From NCBI RefSeq assembly GCF_018977255.1, contig NW_024704742.1, forward strand, positions 45,324,001-45,388,000: 64,000 nt of DNA, given 5' to 3'. A model generated the notes under the pieces. That model saw only the letters and a program-made list of their open reading frames with translations, was not told the origin of the DNA and made no database searches. The stretch is from Callorhinchus milii (Eukaryota). Both the position numbers and the translations under genes were made by a program. Positions 38,380-53,050 of the stretch are shown here, one piece after another (the stretch's first letter is position 1; every line of letters begins with the position of its first letter).

Positions 38380-38690
38380 TCCACCAGTACTCACTCAAGT
38401 TGACATGTGAGTCTTGACAGTGAAATTTGAAGAGTTATTTGACCACAGGGGCATCACATTCGAGCCCAATCTTCCATGTCCTCACCCGACATCCACACAT
38501 ACACAAATCTTCCAGCAAGAGCGTGGGGATAGCAGTCTGGAGTGGGAACCATAGATTGTTGCTTCCTTGACCCAAGGGCACTAAGGCTAATTGTAGGATG
38601 TCAACTTAATTCATCACAGACTTGCAACCTTCTGGTCTTTAAAGTTTTATGCTGCACTCGGTTTTGCCTTTACTTTAAAGGTTTAATTGA
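38380..38690 (-). mobile_element. Ancient SINE relic (AmnSINE2-like)
   Basis: Reverse complement aligns with 58545-58770 (GTGCAGCA..GACCAGAAGGTT..TCTGTGATGA..GGTTCC..TGTGTG). Confidence 0.6.
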
Positions 38691-39519
38691 ACACCTTACC
38701 CTGCGAGTTAAGCATTTTATGAGCACAATCACATTTTGCTCTTTCATAAAATGGTAGTAAACACATTTTATTACTCAATCTCGACATATGATATTACCAC
38801 GAATGAATCAACACATATCTGAGAGAATGCAATCAATGGATGTTGACATTTACAAAATTAAAATGCACACATTGCCACATGATATGGCATTCTTACTTGA
38901 TTACAACCAACAAACCTCTCTTCTGGGAAGGGTGTAAACTCAAGATTGTTACTAGGAATGTAAAATGGGAGGTGAAAAATGCTTTGCAGAAGATCACAAG
39001 AAAAACTCAGGTGAAGAATGCCCTTTGATCCATTTTTTCTCATGCATCCCTAATACTCACCCTATTATCCTTTTATCACAGCATCAAGCTTTTTTTTAAA
39101 AAAAGAGTCCAGAATTCTCGCCTCAACCACCCTTCCTGGCAACCTATTCCTAAATAAATACTTTCTTGTGTCTGTTGTGAAATTGCCCTTTGCAAACTTA
39201 AGCGAGTGTCCTCTTGTTCCCTTGTCTTGTTGCATCTGCAACTATTGTTCTGGGTTCACACTCTCAATCCCGTTTAAAAGCTCGCCGACCTCTATAATCT
39301 CTAGAAGATCCCTTTAGTGACATCTCTGCCTAAGACTGAAAAACCTAAGCATTGCTTTTAGCCTGGGCCAATAGAAAAGGCGTGGCTGCAATTTTTCCGC
39401 TATGAAGCCCCCGCCCCATCCGCTTTAAAATCTCTAAAGTTTGAAGTTTCTGGTCCCAGGCTTATCACACTGATTATCCGATCCGACTGTGGGTGGAGTG
39501 GCTCTGGAAGCGAATGTTG

Positions 39520-39775
39520 TGCGGTGTGGCACAAGTGGGAAATTTATGGAATTCTCTACCCCAAAGGGCTGTAGATGCTCAGTCCTTGAACATATTCAAG
39601 ACTGAGATTGATAGATTTCTTGTGGATAAAGGGATTAAGGGATATGGGGATAAGGCGGGTAGGTGGAGTTAGAATAGATCAGCCATGATCTTATCGAATG
39701 GCGGGGCAGGCTCGAGGGGCCGAATGGCCTACTCCTGCTCCTAATTCTTATGTTCTTATTTTCTTATGTTCTATG
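39520..39775 (+). mobile_element. CR1 LINE 3' end, a second subfamily
   Basis: TGGAATTCTCTACCCCA..GATCAGCCATGATC..GGGCCGAATGGCCTACTCCTGCTCC plus (TTCTTATG)n. Confidence 0.9.
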
Positions 39776-39809
39776 TTAAATGGGCTTCATTCCACTTGGA
39801 GACCCTGCT

Positions 39810-40055
39810 GTATGTGATTTTCTGTGTGTGTGTCTCTCTCTCTGCATATTTGTGAGTGTCTCCATGTGTCTTTCTTTCCTTTGTATATGTGTGCTTGTGA
39901 GTGAGTCTGTGTGTGTCCCTCTTCTACAATTGTGTGTGTTTGAGTATCTATGTGTGTGTTTCCTCGGTGTGTGTGTGTGTGTCTTTGTGTCTGTGAATGT
40001 GTGTGTGTCTGTGTGTGTGTGAGTGTGTCTCTCTCTGGGTCTCTGTCTCTATGTG
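39810..40055. repeat. Degenerate (GT)n/(CT)n tract
   Basis: Interrupted TG dinucleotide array. Confidence 0.9.
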
Positions 40056-43000
40056 CAGTGCTGGGCCCTGAGAGGCAGGAGGTGGTGTGCTTGTAGCCCC
40101 GCAGTAAGATCACTGCTGAGCTTGGCGAGCAATGAGCAATGCTGTTTTTTTTAGTGGATCTCCAGGCCCTTTGGGCCTGCGCTGGTGTTTCCCCCCCCCC
40201 CCCCCCCACCCCCCCCAAATAGGCCACTCAGTTTTTGTTGAAGAAAAACTTTTTTTTGCACTATGTTTTTATTTCTTCATGTTTAGTTTTATCAATACAG
40301 TGAAAAAATATAGGTTGGCCGTAAAATGTACCTCAATAGTACCAATCAACCCCCTCAGCAAAAAAATTTCAAATTTCCTCACAATTTCTGGCAAATATTT
40401 CCGCAATTGTCCATTGACCCTGCTGATAGCTGATTCCTCCTACACTGGGGATCATTCCTGTTGCTTTTCTCCACAACACAAGGGGGCCTGTACAACCCCA
40501 TTGTGTTGCATCTATAAACTGTACCAGTACCATGGTTCAGGTGCAAACTGAGTAGTGGGCTGTGTAGTTTGAGTATGACTTTGGGGGATCTGAACTGCAA
40601 AAGGAGTTTTTTTTGCATGTACATTATGTTAACACAAATGTGGACTGAAGGTTACAAAAATGTAAAAGTAAATTAGATGGATAATTGAAGAACGAAGAAA
40701 TTAAGGAATATGGGAATGTGGGATATTGGATGAGAGTAGATACAGTGATTTGGGTATAGGAGTTAGCTTGCTGCTGGTATGAGTGACTTATTTCTTTGCT
40801 AAAATCTCTGTATGAAAATAATTTCAGTCAAAGATCATGAATCATGAAACATTGTACAATCGTAGTAACCACTACCTATTGGATGTGTCTTTGAGAACAG
40901 AATACAATAAAAAGCTAAAATAACCACTTCATTATATTGATCTGATCAATGTTACCTTGATTGTGCAGTTTTCTGCTGTGGATCCAATGCTTTCCTCAAA
41001 TTGCTTGGTAGAGTATCAGAAAGTCAAAGATAAAATTGGATTCTCGAGCAGTAACAATGCAACAAACGTAGACCAGCATTTTATTGCCTCAGTATTATTG
41101 ATTTTTCAATCTAAAAGTAATCGGCATTCAATAATAGTAATAATAATCTTTGCATTTGATACAGCACCTGATCACGTTTTTGAGACATCTCAAAGGGCCT
41201 CACAGGATACACTGTAAAGTGTAGTGACTGTGTGTTTTGTGGACTTTGGAGATGATTGAGGCACTGTTATAAAAGTTGTGAGAGAAGGAAATTGAGTTAA
41301 ATATAGTTTAAAATAGCACTTAGTGGCAGACTATATGTGTGCTGGGGAGATCAGGCTTTTAAAAATAAAGAATTGTTCCATTATAGGTTCTTCAGTCCAA
41401 TAATATTTGACAACTTTGGTGCAAAGATCGTTTACTTCTGTTGCATATCAGCAATCAGTAGGTGCCTTTGCCTAGTTTTGTGGACTGGGTGGATGGTGAG
41501 AAGAAATGAATGTGAGATTAGGTGGCTAAGGTATAATCGAGCTATGCACTTGGGGCTTAAGAACATACTTAGAAAAGAGTGTAGGTTTAGTTTCAAACCA
41601 CGAGTGTTATTAATTAAATAGAGGAGAAGAATTTCAGAAAAGCAGACTAACATTAATACACATCACTTTAATATACTGATTGGCTGGCCTCCAAGATTTA
41701 TATTGTATTGAGGGTTCACTCTACTCTTCATTCATCGCTTCTTGTCTACGTTGGTTTACTACAATGTTGTTGTCTGCATTGCAGAGCAAAATATGTTCAG
41801 AGTCAAAGAGCTGAAATGTAAAACAGGAGCAAAGATTTTTCGATTCATAGTATTACAAGATTGATTCCAGTTGCAGATATAATTGCTTGACTATATTCAC
41901 TCTTTATGTGTAAATTTGGTGTGGTTAGGAACAAAAACTTAACTGAACTGTAAAAATGCTTGCTTTAAATTTCCATGTGACTAAAAAAAAAATCATTATA
42001 GTACTTTGCTTTGGCATATTATTAGTGACCACAGTACAGTATTTATCCTCTCACAAAATCCATTTGTTCCAACCACATTGCAGAATGCTCACTGATTTTA
42101 CTTCGTGTATGAGGACAAACCAATCTGATGATTCAAGCTGTACCCTGAAGTAGGCTTGTGCAATTAAAGTAATTAAATAAAATAGTTACATTAATTTGAT
42201 TACAATTTACATTTGGCAAAAAGTTGAGCAATATGGTCAACAGAATAACATTGAGCTAGTCAGCAGATCTCTTGCAGTGCCCTGTGAATCCCTTTTTTTA
42301 CCCTGCTGAGATTCTTATAACTGAACGAACACTAATATTTATTTGATATGAATAAAAAGGGAAACTGTGAATACTAGAAATCTGAAATTAAATCGACAAC
42401 TTCTTCCTGATCTATTTGCTTCTTAGCCTACTTGACTTTCTCTAGTTTACACCATACCATTGTCAAAGATGCCGGCTTTTGGAGGAGAGACCGAATCTAA
42501 GGTCTACTTTGTTTAGGTAAATACTAATGATCATATAACACAATTTGAAAAGGGAATGTAGTTTCTCCTAGTGTCCTACCTAACTGTCCTACAGATTACT
42601 CAGTCATTTATCTGATCTAAGACAACTAGATGCTCCTTTGCCTCCCCATGTATAGGGTAGAAGGGAATAGAGAGATGTGGGAGAGGGATTAGGCAAGGAC
42701 ACAAAACAAGTTGTCTTAATGGCATTTTTCTGTGAGGTAACATTCCATGCAATTCTGTCATCTCATAGCTATTTCTGGAACTTTGTTGATGCAAATGTCT
42801 GCTGTGTTTGTCTAAAAAAAGTCACTGCACTTAGCAGTAATGACTTGTGAAGTGATTAGAGTCGTTTTGACGTGATAAGGAATGACAAAATTGTAAATTA
42901 TTTCTTCTTTCTTCCCGAATTGGTGTTAACCCAAAAGATTAACCTCTCTTTCACATGCAGTGGATTTCCTATCTTTTTTTAAAATTTTGTTTTTAATGCT

Positions 43001-43460
43001 AATATCTGTACTTATTTTGGATTTTCAGCTGGTCAGTTGCATGTGCACATACAAACAAAAACATGCACACACACACACATACACATACACACAAACACAT
43101 TTTGAATAACATACTATGTAGCAATAAGTTGAGAATTATTCAATAATAATAAATCATAAGAAAAGATATAATAGAAAGCTCTACCACCATCTGCTGTGGT
43201 TTAACGTTTCCATGTTCATCTGTATTAATCAATTAGGTATTGGAGACGTTTTTCCTACTGATGCTAAACTAATTGTCCTGCAGCTTTGTTTTGAGTTTCA
43301 TTGAGTGGACAGCATGAATAGCACAGTCAAGCACTGTGGACGGTATCACTGAGGCTTTTACGCATCTCACATTGTCTGCAATAGGAGCATGCATACATTT
43401 CCTCAGACTAACCTTGTGTTTTCATCACAGGGGGTTTAATATTCTGACTTTCAGCAAGTA

Positions 43461-43822
43461 GTAGTCCAGTAGATCAGTGGTTAGAGAACTCACTTCACAA
43501 GCAAGAGACCTGGTTATATTCCCGACAGGGCAAAACCTTGGGCAAGTTTCCGTACGCCACAGTCTTCTGTTTACCTAGCAGTAAGTATCAATCCGGTTGT
43601 TAGTCGATTGGCGGATCACTTTTCCGGGGGTAATAAATCCTTCAAAAAAGAATTGTCACTCAACCCATGATTGTTTATGGGACACGGCTGTGCCCAATTG
43701 GCTGCCACATTTAGCCCATAAAATATACAGTCAATTCACTTTATAGTATATTCCGTGAAACTCTGTGAGACATCTCGAAGACATGATAAGGTGCTATATT
43801 AAATTCAAACATTATTGTTATT
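43461..43822 (+). mobile_element. Chimeric tRNA-SINE copy 3
   Basis: Colinear with 2915-3282 over its full length. Confidence 0.9.
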
Positions 43823-44229
43823 AGTTTGATCTGTTGTATTTTTGAGACCAGTCAAACTCATTTTAGCTAATCTGTAACTGAGAAATATTGCAATTTTTCC
43901 CTCCAAAAATTGTATTTTAAACTTTTAATGAATGATTTTTACCCTTTTTTTTCCTCATCACTTGTATCTCTTACATTCCTCTTTTATTTCTCAGCTGTCC
44001 CCTTTAACTTATTTTTCCCTCCAATTTTTGCACAAGTTTTCTTCTCCCAATTCCTCCTTTCTTGGAGCTGGAAAATTATAGTGGGGCATCATTTTATTAG
44101 CTGCGAGGTCTCCTCTATGCGATGCCCCACTATAATTTTGGAGCTAAATTAGCCGCACGGTGATACGTTTGGCAACAAAAAAGTCAGAATCAATCTGTAG
44201 TGGTCTTGGTTTTCTAGTTCCTGAGCCAG

Positions 44230-44680
44230 GCGGGTCTGCAGGACTCCAGGGCACTCCTCATAATTGCCCATCAGTCTGGCTCATTGGCAAGGCCAGTCAC
44301 AGGGACAGAGATTCTTCCCTCTCAGCTCTTGTTAACTCTGTGAGTCAAAGCCCTAACGGGTACGGTACTCCTAGCTGCAGGAAAGCTTGACAAACAATGC
44401 TCTCAATGGCAAGCTATGTGGTTTTAGCTGGTTAGACTTCAGCAGTGTCCCAACGCATACTCTGGGGTCCCCAAGCCTTGGCTCATGTCAACTTGTGGCT
44501 AATACTCTCGGAATTAAGTCAGCAGGATGCATTCCTCCAGGGAGAGAGTGCACATTACAATAAATTTCTTGGGAATGTCCATTGGTGGGATGCATGGAAC
44601 TCTCAGGTTTTTTTTTGATGTGGAAACCATCACCATGCTTATATCAAAACCAAGCTGAGATTTACAGCTGGCTGAAAAAA
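44230..44680 (-). repeat. Unclassified interspersed repeat, copy 3
   Basis: Overlaps both 3660-3880 and 36250-36640 in reverse complement. Confidence 0.7.
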
Positions 44681-46664
44681 AATTAGCTGTGGTATCTTCT
44701 TCAATGATTTATCCCTAATCTTCATTCCCTGGACAGTAATGATGGTTTGTTCAACCATGCCTTTCTCTTTCAAGAAAATCTCATCTGCTAGTGTCCACAC
44801 TCATGCACTTCTAATAAGAATCACTGGGTAACAATCAAGAGCTAGTACCTTGGCCAATTTTTCTCCCACTTTTGCTTGGGAAAATTGAAGTGATCCTTTA
44901 GATTCTTGTCTGTCATTCTGTTACTTTAGTCTGTCAAACATTCACTATCCGAGAAGAGAAGTGAGCATATGACTTGCAGTAATTGTGCTGTAATATCCAT
45001 TGGATGTCAACATAGTTGCACTTTCAAAAAATATTTTACAATCACTTGTTACCAGCTTGTGTGTTTTTGTCTGAATTTAGAGATACTGCATTTTTAATGT
45101 GATCACTTAATATAAAAATCAGAATCATGTAAATGGATGAATCTAATGACCCAAATTATGTATGTTATTATCAACCAGCAGCACGTATGCTCTGATGAAA
45201 TTCTTGATGTGTCAGGTTTTTCTTTTGAGCCTTACTTGCTGCAGGTTTTTGAAAACCTTTTATTGAAGACACTTTTTTGCTCTTGGAAGCAACTCATCTA
45301 GAAAGAGCCCAGGCATCTATTCCATAGGCATTCACTGGAGGGGTTACAATAGTGATTTCACTTGTTGCAATTTGGCTCTTACTTCCCATTGTCTGACCTG
45401 AAAATTACCAAGCTTTCATGTGAATATTTTAATCTGTTATTACTGACAGACTATAACTACCAATAATAATTTGTGAATTTATCAAAAAAAGGATCAGATC
45501 TCATTCTTTGTTGGTTGCAGTTCCATGGTTATCCACTACTGGCACAATTGAGCCTATAGATCCATATGTACATCGGGATGAAAAATGCAGTATTTAATGT
45601 GATAATTATAAAATCTCCAAATTACAATGCAAAACAGGTTTAAATTATTAAATAGTTTTGATACGAACATCATCCTGACTCTAACAAAATGGTATGGCCT
45701 GGCGGCAGCCTCTTCTCACCACCACTGTTTTCACTTTCAGTTTGAGGATGGGATATCAGCCTAATTCTGAGTGATTTTGAAGCACTGGCATTCATTTATT
45801 CCATGATGGAGATAGTGTGTCACCAGAGTCTTAATACTCTAGTAAGCGTGAAATTCATTGTTTTCTTTTAAATAATCTCCCCAAACAATGCAAGTAGTTT
45901 GAAAGCACTCTTCGTATCATCCACGTTAATCAACTTGCTAATATCAGTTTGCAAAGTCATTAATTCACATGAATAAAATTCTCAGCTTCACTGGAGGTGC
46001 ATACATTATGTTGTGCCTCTCTGGTACTTGTGGTCGTCCCCTGCATGTTCACTGCAAATCATTAATGTAACCACATTTATCATGTTCCAGAGATGAGATG
46101 AGTTATATTCATTCGTTTCCACTTCCTCAAACCCTGAAGTTGCAACATTTTGATCCTGGTTCAACTGTGAAATACAGTACCAGATACAGTTATACACAAT
46201 GTAACTATTCAGAATTTGTAACTTGCCTTGGGTCAGCCCTTCCCTCCCCTCAAAAATGCCTTATGTAATGCTTTAACTTGTCTAGTTAAAGAATTATCGC
46301 CATGTCAAGCTTGTGTTAATATCTCTCAAAGTAGCTTGAACGGCTTGACTGTAATATTCGACACGCCAGTAAATCATTGTTAGAAATAGCAAAAGTTGGG
46401 ATAATGCCTTTTGCACATCCCATAAGTGAGAGAGTTACTCACCCGTTGCCACTCACAGATTGATTCCTATACTACAACAGCTCTAGTGTATTCATCCACA
46501 ACTGTGTAGCAAAAATAATAGCCATTCCACAATTTCTATTATGTTCATTTTGTAAATGTTTCTAACAAACACGTTTTCTTCATAACAAAGCATACTGATA
46601 GTGTTTGTTAACCCTTTGTTTCGATCCATGGTCTTCTGACCTTTTGCATCTGCTGTTACTGAAA

Positions 46665-47170
46665 TCATAGAATCATAGAAATTTACAGCACAGAAGGGCA
46701 TTGAAAGAGCAATCCAATCAATTCCATTTACTTTCCTTTACCCCATACGCCTGTAAGTTACTCCTTTATAGATATCTACTGTATTCAGTTCCTTTTTGGA
46801 AGAAAATATAATCCTGCCTCAGCAATCACTCCTGGCAGGGCAATTCTATGACTCTAATGACTCTCTGTGTAATCTTTCTCCTTATCTCCTACTTTACAAA
46901 TTTTCTAAATATCTTAGATTGTTGCCTTGCATTGACTGACTCACCAACTGACCAATAGAAATAATTGTTCCCTATCAACACTATCAAAACCCCTCATATA
47001 TTAAAGACCTCTATCAGGACTCCCTTCAACCGTCTCTCTGTTTTAGAGTTTCTCCAGTCTCTGCTCATAGGTCAAACACTGATAGCATCCACTGGCCCTG
47101 ACATCCTTCTGAAATTGTGTGACCAAAACTGGACACAATATTCAAATTGCAGTCTAAACAACGATGTATA
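46665..47170 (-). mobile_element. Degraded CR1 3' end
   Basis: (ATCATAGA)2..TTTACAGCACAGAAG tail; CTATCAAAACCCCTCAT..GACCTCTATCAG; CCAAAACTGGACACAATATTC. Confidence 0.8.
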
Positions 47171-50100
47171 CCACTGTGAAGGAGAAGGGAATACAGGGGT
47201 ATAAGTGAGGGGAATAGTAGTGGTACGGGTTTGTGTGGGTTGAGTGGGCTGTTTCCATGCAGTATCACTTTATGTAACAATTTATCTCTATATGTTTTAT
47301 AACCTGTCTTCTGTGTCCCTTTACTTGTTTTCTGATGTGCACTGAAAATCCAAACTCTGAAATGTTCTAAAAAGTGCTGCAATAGGATTCTCATTAAAAA
47401 TATATGAATTAAAATTTTGAGAGGTAATATGGTTTGATGTGAAAAAAATAGAGAGTATAGTATATAGCTTTCTTACAATCTACATCTCCTTATTATATAA
47501 GTCCTGGGCAAAGTTATATTTTAGGACCATTCTGCCACAAAATGGCATTGGGCACCAAATTATAGGTCACATAAAAGGGGATTTTGTATCCATGAAGTAA
47601 GCAAATAATAAATGGATGCTTATGAATGCCTAGAGTTCATGGCTATTAATTTTCAACTTTTGATTTCAATATTGTTTTACAAGCTTGGATGCTGCCAGGG
47701 CATTGGTGAACTGTGACAGAGAGAACTCCCATAAGATTTGATGCATTCATCACAGTGTGGGTTTTAAACATAGACTGGGAAATGTCAAGGAAGCAGGATA
47801 ATTTCATGCAGATAGAACAGATTTTCAAAGCAAAATTGAATTGTATACAATCCCCTTTTCTTTAGAACCACTGGAGGTGACATGCATGACTTGAAAAAGA
47901 AAAATTTTACATGTACAAGAAATGACTCACTCTTTTCTTTGGAAATTAGCTTTTAATACACCAGGTGCTTAATTGGATGTGTATCACAGGCTTTACATTT
48001 CAACAGTCATTTTTTCCCTAATCGGCTTTATATTTAGTGTTGCAACGTTGAAAAGGTAGCGCTTTGGGACGTCTTCCGGATGTTATTTGTGCAAATCCAA
48101 GTGCCTTGATGACCAGTCATTTGTTGAAAATGGTGCAATGTTGAAAGGTTACCCCTGTTACATTCTGAATTTGTAATTTGCAAAAAAAATGTACAACAAA
48201 TACAGTGCCTTTGAGGTCTATAGTGACAGAATGGCACAAGCACAGTGCAAGAGGCATTTATATTCTCTCATCAACTCGAAAGTTACTTTTCTAAGGATCT
48301 ATTCATTAGTACAATTCAGTGGAAGGAGCAGAATCTTCCATAAGCCATCAGGTGTTTGCAAAAATACTTATTTTGATCGAGTTCTTTATGAATCAGAAAT
48401 GCCACAAGTCTGTGCATGTCAGTGTGAAGTCAGAACAGTGTTGTTCTTAACTGTGGCACTTTGTGCCATCATTTCACTGCAAATGCACTGATAATGTGGC
48501 TTCCAGGACAGAGGCACCAAAGGTTGCCAATGGATTGATGGTGCTGAGAAGGAATAATGCATAGTACAACAAATGTATGTCTGGAGAACCTCAATTGATT
48601 CTGAAACTGGGCGGGTCTTAATTTGTAATTAATTTGTAATTTGGAAGTCTTTAATAAGAATTTCTGACAGAATTCCCATCAACCCACAACAAATCTGGAA
48701 TTGGTTCTGCAGTCCTTTGTTACCCATTTCTGGTTACCGGGAATTTCCATCATTTGCAATACTCGGATTCTTTAGTAAGGAATGCAGTTAAGAAAAGCAT
48801 ACATTAAACCATTATTCCTTCAATATGTTTTTATGCTCCTGTTGTATTTAACAGTATTTGAGGAAATGATGTGTTTTTGGGTTGTGGTTTCAATGGTGCA
48901 GGAGTTGTTTCTGGTGTCCAAGCCAACAATCCTCCACAATAATTGCTTATTTGTCTCCTGGTTGCTTGTGGGACCTTGCTGGTGCAAGTAGCTGCCGTGA
49001 TTACCGTACCTGCATATAAAAGTAACTGCACTTGACAGCAATTTATTTTTGAGGCACAATGAGATATTCTAATGTGGTAAGGCACTATAATAATGTAAGT
49101 TGTTTGTGTCTAATTGTGTCTAACTGAAAGCTAATATTGTGAATAGATAATTAGTTGTCTCCGAGTTGCTGATCAGACTATCCACTGACAAACAACACTT
49201 GAAAACCGGGATCTACAAATGAAGAGTGCCACTGACAGAATAGTTTGCCAGAAGCAATTGTTGCAGCCCAAATGCAAATATCTTACACTATTTTTAGAAT
49301 GTTTCAGTTGTAGTTTGATTTAGTATATCCTTGGGTTACTGTCACTTACCTCTAAATTACTGAGAGCTACTTCAGCAAAGAAGATTGGAAGGTCCTTTCT
49401 GAGCTGATGATAATAAGGATTTGTAAACTAGAGTGCCTCCTAAACAGAGGTCCTAGGACTCTTGAGTAAGTTCACTTGCACTTTAGAAAAGGAAACATCT
49501 TATTTTAAAATTCTCTTTTGTGGAGCTGCAAATTTACTTCAGAAAAGCCTTCGTACAGTTTGTAAAGAATTCTAAAAAGTTTCAGTTGATTCATGAAAAG
49601 GTTTGCCAATTTGCTAACATCTAGACTTCATATACATGTTGCTACCTTAAGCTTTACAGTTATTCAGACTCTTTAGTTATACTGAAGACATGAAGCTCTG
49701 TTCTTTGCAACAGGTCAAAGCACATCGAAAATTGTTCTGCCTCCGACATTGATATTGAATGGAAAATGATTATCAGATTCAGAAGCAAGACTAAAAGCAC
49801 TTTCTGTGTACTGTGTTTTATATTTATCAATACTGTATATTGCAAGCAAGTGCAGTGTTTTATCAATTTTCAGTAAACAAGATTAACAAACATAAGATAT
49901 GATTAATCTTTTCATATTAACACTGTCAGTTCATATAAAAAATGGAGATTTTACTTGCTTTTAAACTCAATATTGCAGCATTAGAATATTAAAAATATGA
50001 GCTCAGTATGTGATCTTTCGACAGATTTTTTTTCAGTTAATGCATAGCTACTGTTAACAAGAATACAAAATACTTGTTGATGAACAGAGGCTGACCTTTT

Positions 50101-51709
50101 CTAAAAAAGGGTAATGAAATGTTTGTGAGTTGCTGCAAAGTGCTAGTAACAGATGTGTTTACAAGGATAAAAATAGATGGAGTGTAGAAAACGCTGCTTG
50201 TTTTAAAAATTGAATTAGACTTGGTTTATAGCAACAGTTTGTAAAAATAGCCTGACTAAAATAATCTGTTAGAAAATAATCTGTTAATCCAAACATCTAG
50301 ATTTAACAGTGAAGCAGCATCTAACGTCGGTTGCTGTTACCCTTTACCACGCTTTGTTAGCATACATCCCCAAATGAGATTAGCAGTCTACAAGATAGAC
50401 ACCGGAGCATTCAAAATCCATCCATCAAGCTACAGGGAAGATGAGTCCCACACACCAGCTACAGCCAGAATACTGAAATGTATCACTTCATCATCTCCCT
50501 TATAAATAATAAAAAATGAGTCGGAGACTTGGTTCAAAAGATTCTGAATTCAAAGTACTTTGTACCTGCAGTGATGTGCATGTTCCTGACAATTAGGGGT
50601 CACAACAGAAAAGGTTTATGACATTCGAATTCCATCTGGAATTGAATAAAAAGTTATTAGTATTAAATAATGCAGGAGTCCTGCATGTTTTATCAAGGGC
50701 ACCACATTTATGACTGTAATTAACTCCTCTCTGAATAATTTTCTTCGTACATATAGTTACAGTGCAATTATGGAAAATTTGGTAAGAGTTAGTGGGACTG
50801 TAGTTGGTGCATATAATTACAATGAATAGTTTTCTTGTCCTGAATGATAGATTCTTGTTGATGGCCGTGGTCATGCTTTATTACATTTCTGCCACCAAGC
50901 TGTGTTTTCACAGAATGTGGCCAATTACATTCAATTTGCCTTAAAATAATATTACACTGTAACTCAACTACTGTTATTCTTAATTTAATGAACATGAACT
51001 TGGTTGAGTATTTTCCAGCTAGAGTCTGAAGACTACTAGAGCTTATTATGGCTAGCAGCTTTTCTGTATAAAATCTCCTTAAAATACAGTGAGAGAGATT
51101 CTCTGTGTGCCATCAGTTTGGTTGGTGGCTTTTTTGTGTGGTTGTTTGATTGAAATCCTTCATTCTGTTAAGCGAGGCCACCTGTTGGTTAGTGCTTGCA
51201 ACATGCACCAGCAAAATGGATTCAGCTTGAACGTTATGCACCAACTTGTGTTTTAAAAAAGGGAAGCTACATAATAATCGTGTTGTCTGTGTGTTCACAG
51301 TCAACAGAATAAATTGCTATTAGGAACCAGAAATGGTCACAATAACAGTAGTCTTGTCCATGTGTGTTGTGATATTGAAGCAATGTGCACAGGGACAAAT
51401 TTGCAAGCTTATCAAATGGAGAATTGTGCTTAGACCATAGCAATGATCTTCTGCATAGAATCCATGGAGCAAAGTATGATTTTTGTATCAGCTACATCCT
51501 AATAATTTTCACATCAATATAAACAACTGGTTTTAAATGAAAACTTAGCTCAATGTAATTAATACAACAGCACATTTCCCATTGCTTTTTTAAAAATATA
51601 TCTTTAATCAAGTTAACTATAGAGTAAATGCAAAAAACTGTATTTAAAATAAAGGAAGAAAATTTCATACAAAAAACTGAGGTTGCACTAAAGAATAATA
51701 GACGGCAAC

Positions 51710-53050
51710 ACCTCATATTTATATAACTCCCTTCATGCAGAGTAAAGTCTCAGAGCTCTTAAAAGTGGCAGAGCTGAACTCTAATCGGGGGAGGTGGGAG
51801 ATGACCATTGGCACAGTTGAAGACAAAGGTCTTCAGGCGTGATCCGAAAATGGGAAGGAGGAGGCAAGAAGGAGGGATTGTGGGACAGAGTTCAAAACAT
51901 TCAGGTCTTAGTGGCTGAAAGCACTGCTGGCGATGGTAAAGCAGAGGGGATGAGGGACAAGCAGGAGGCCAGAGCCCAACGAGTGGAGGGGCAGGTAGTT
52001 AAATGCGGAGTAAGCAGGTCGGAGAGGCAGGGAGATGCCAGGGAATAAAGGGAATTGTAGACGAGTATGCGGATTTTGAAGATGAGTTGAGCCTGGCAAG
52101 GAATGGTATGATGGGTGTACGGAGTTTAGTGTGGGTGAGTATATGGGTGGTGGAGTTTTTAAGTTATTGGATTTTGTAGATAGTAGCTGGGGAGACCGGT
52201 GAAGAGAGCATCAGAATAATCAAGGTGGGAGTTGACAAATGTGTGGATGAGCATTTTGGCTGCATTGAGTGTGAGGTATGGTTAGTGGTGGGCAATGTGA
52301 CGGGAGTGGAGGAAAATGGTCTCTGGCCGGAGACTGAATATGGGGTAGGAAAGACAGCTGAGGATCGAACCTGATGCCTAGGTTATGCACAGATTCAGTA
52401 AGTCTGACAAATAGGCTAAGGAGATTGAGGAGGTCAGAACCACAGGAGAGAAGAGGTTGAAAGGAGCCAAGGAGTGTCAATATCCAATTGCAGGAAGTTC
52501 GTGCTCATTCAAGCCTTGATGTTGGACAAGCAAGCTAACAGAACATCAGCTACCTGGAGTAGCAGCTAGAGGAGGAGAAATAGATTTGGGCGTCATCCGT
52601 ATACATGTGGATGTTGACCCTTGTCTGCGGATGACATTGCAGAGAGGGAGCATGTAAATGAAAAAAATAGGACCAAGGATGGAGGTTTGGGGTAAGCCAC
52701 AGGTGACTGGGCGGGGGCATGAGGAGAAACCGTTTGCAAAGATGAAGTTATGGTGGTCGGTTACGTAGGAGACGTATCAGGCGACTGCGGTGGATGAGGG
52801 AGGAGAGGCGGAGGAGGAGGAAGGCGGGATCGACTCTGTCAAACACAACGGATGGCCCAGGAGAATGAGGAGGCAGAGGGAGCCCTGGTCACAAATTAGA
52901 GAGAACGTCATTTGTGACTTTGATGAGCGCTGTGTCTGTACTGTGGGCAGGGCGAAAATTGGACTGGAGTGACTCAAGTAGGAGTGGAGGGAGAGGTGTG
53001 AGTGAAGTTGGTTTGCAACAACATATTCCAGAAGTTTAGCAATGAAAGGC
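51710..53050 (-). mobile_element. Decayed L2 LINE ORF2 to 3' end
   Basis: Minus strand PFIAKLLE..QLHSHLSLHS; CACATGTATACGGATGAC (HMYTDD) near 52590-52610; NLGIRFDPQLSFLPHI; parallels 1-1330. Confidence 0.88.
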
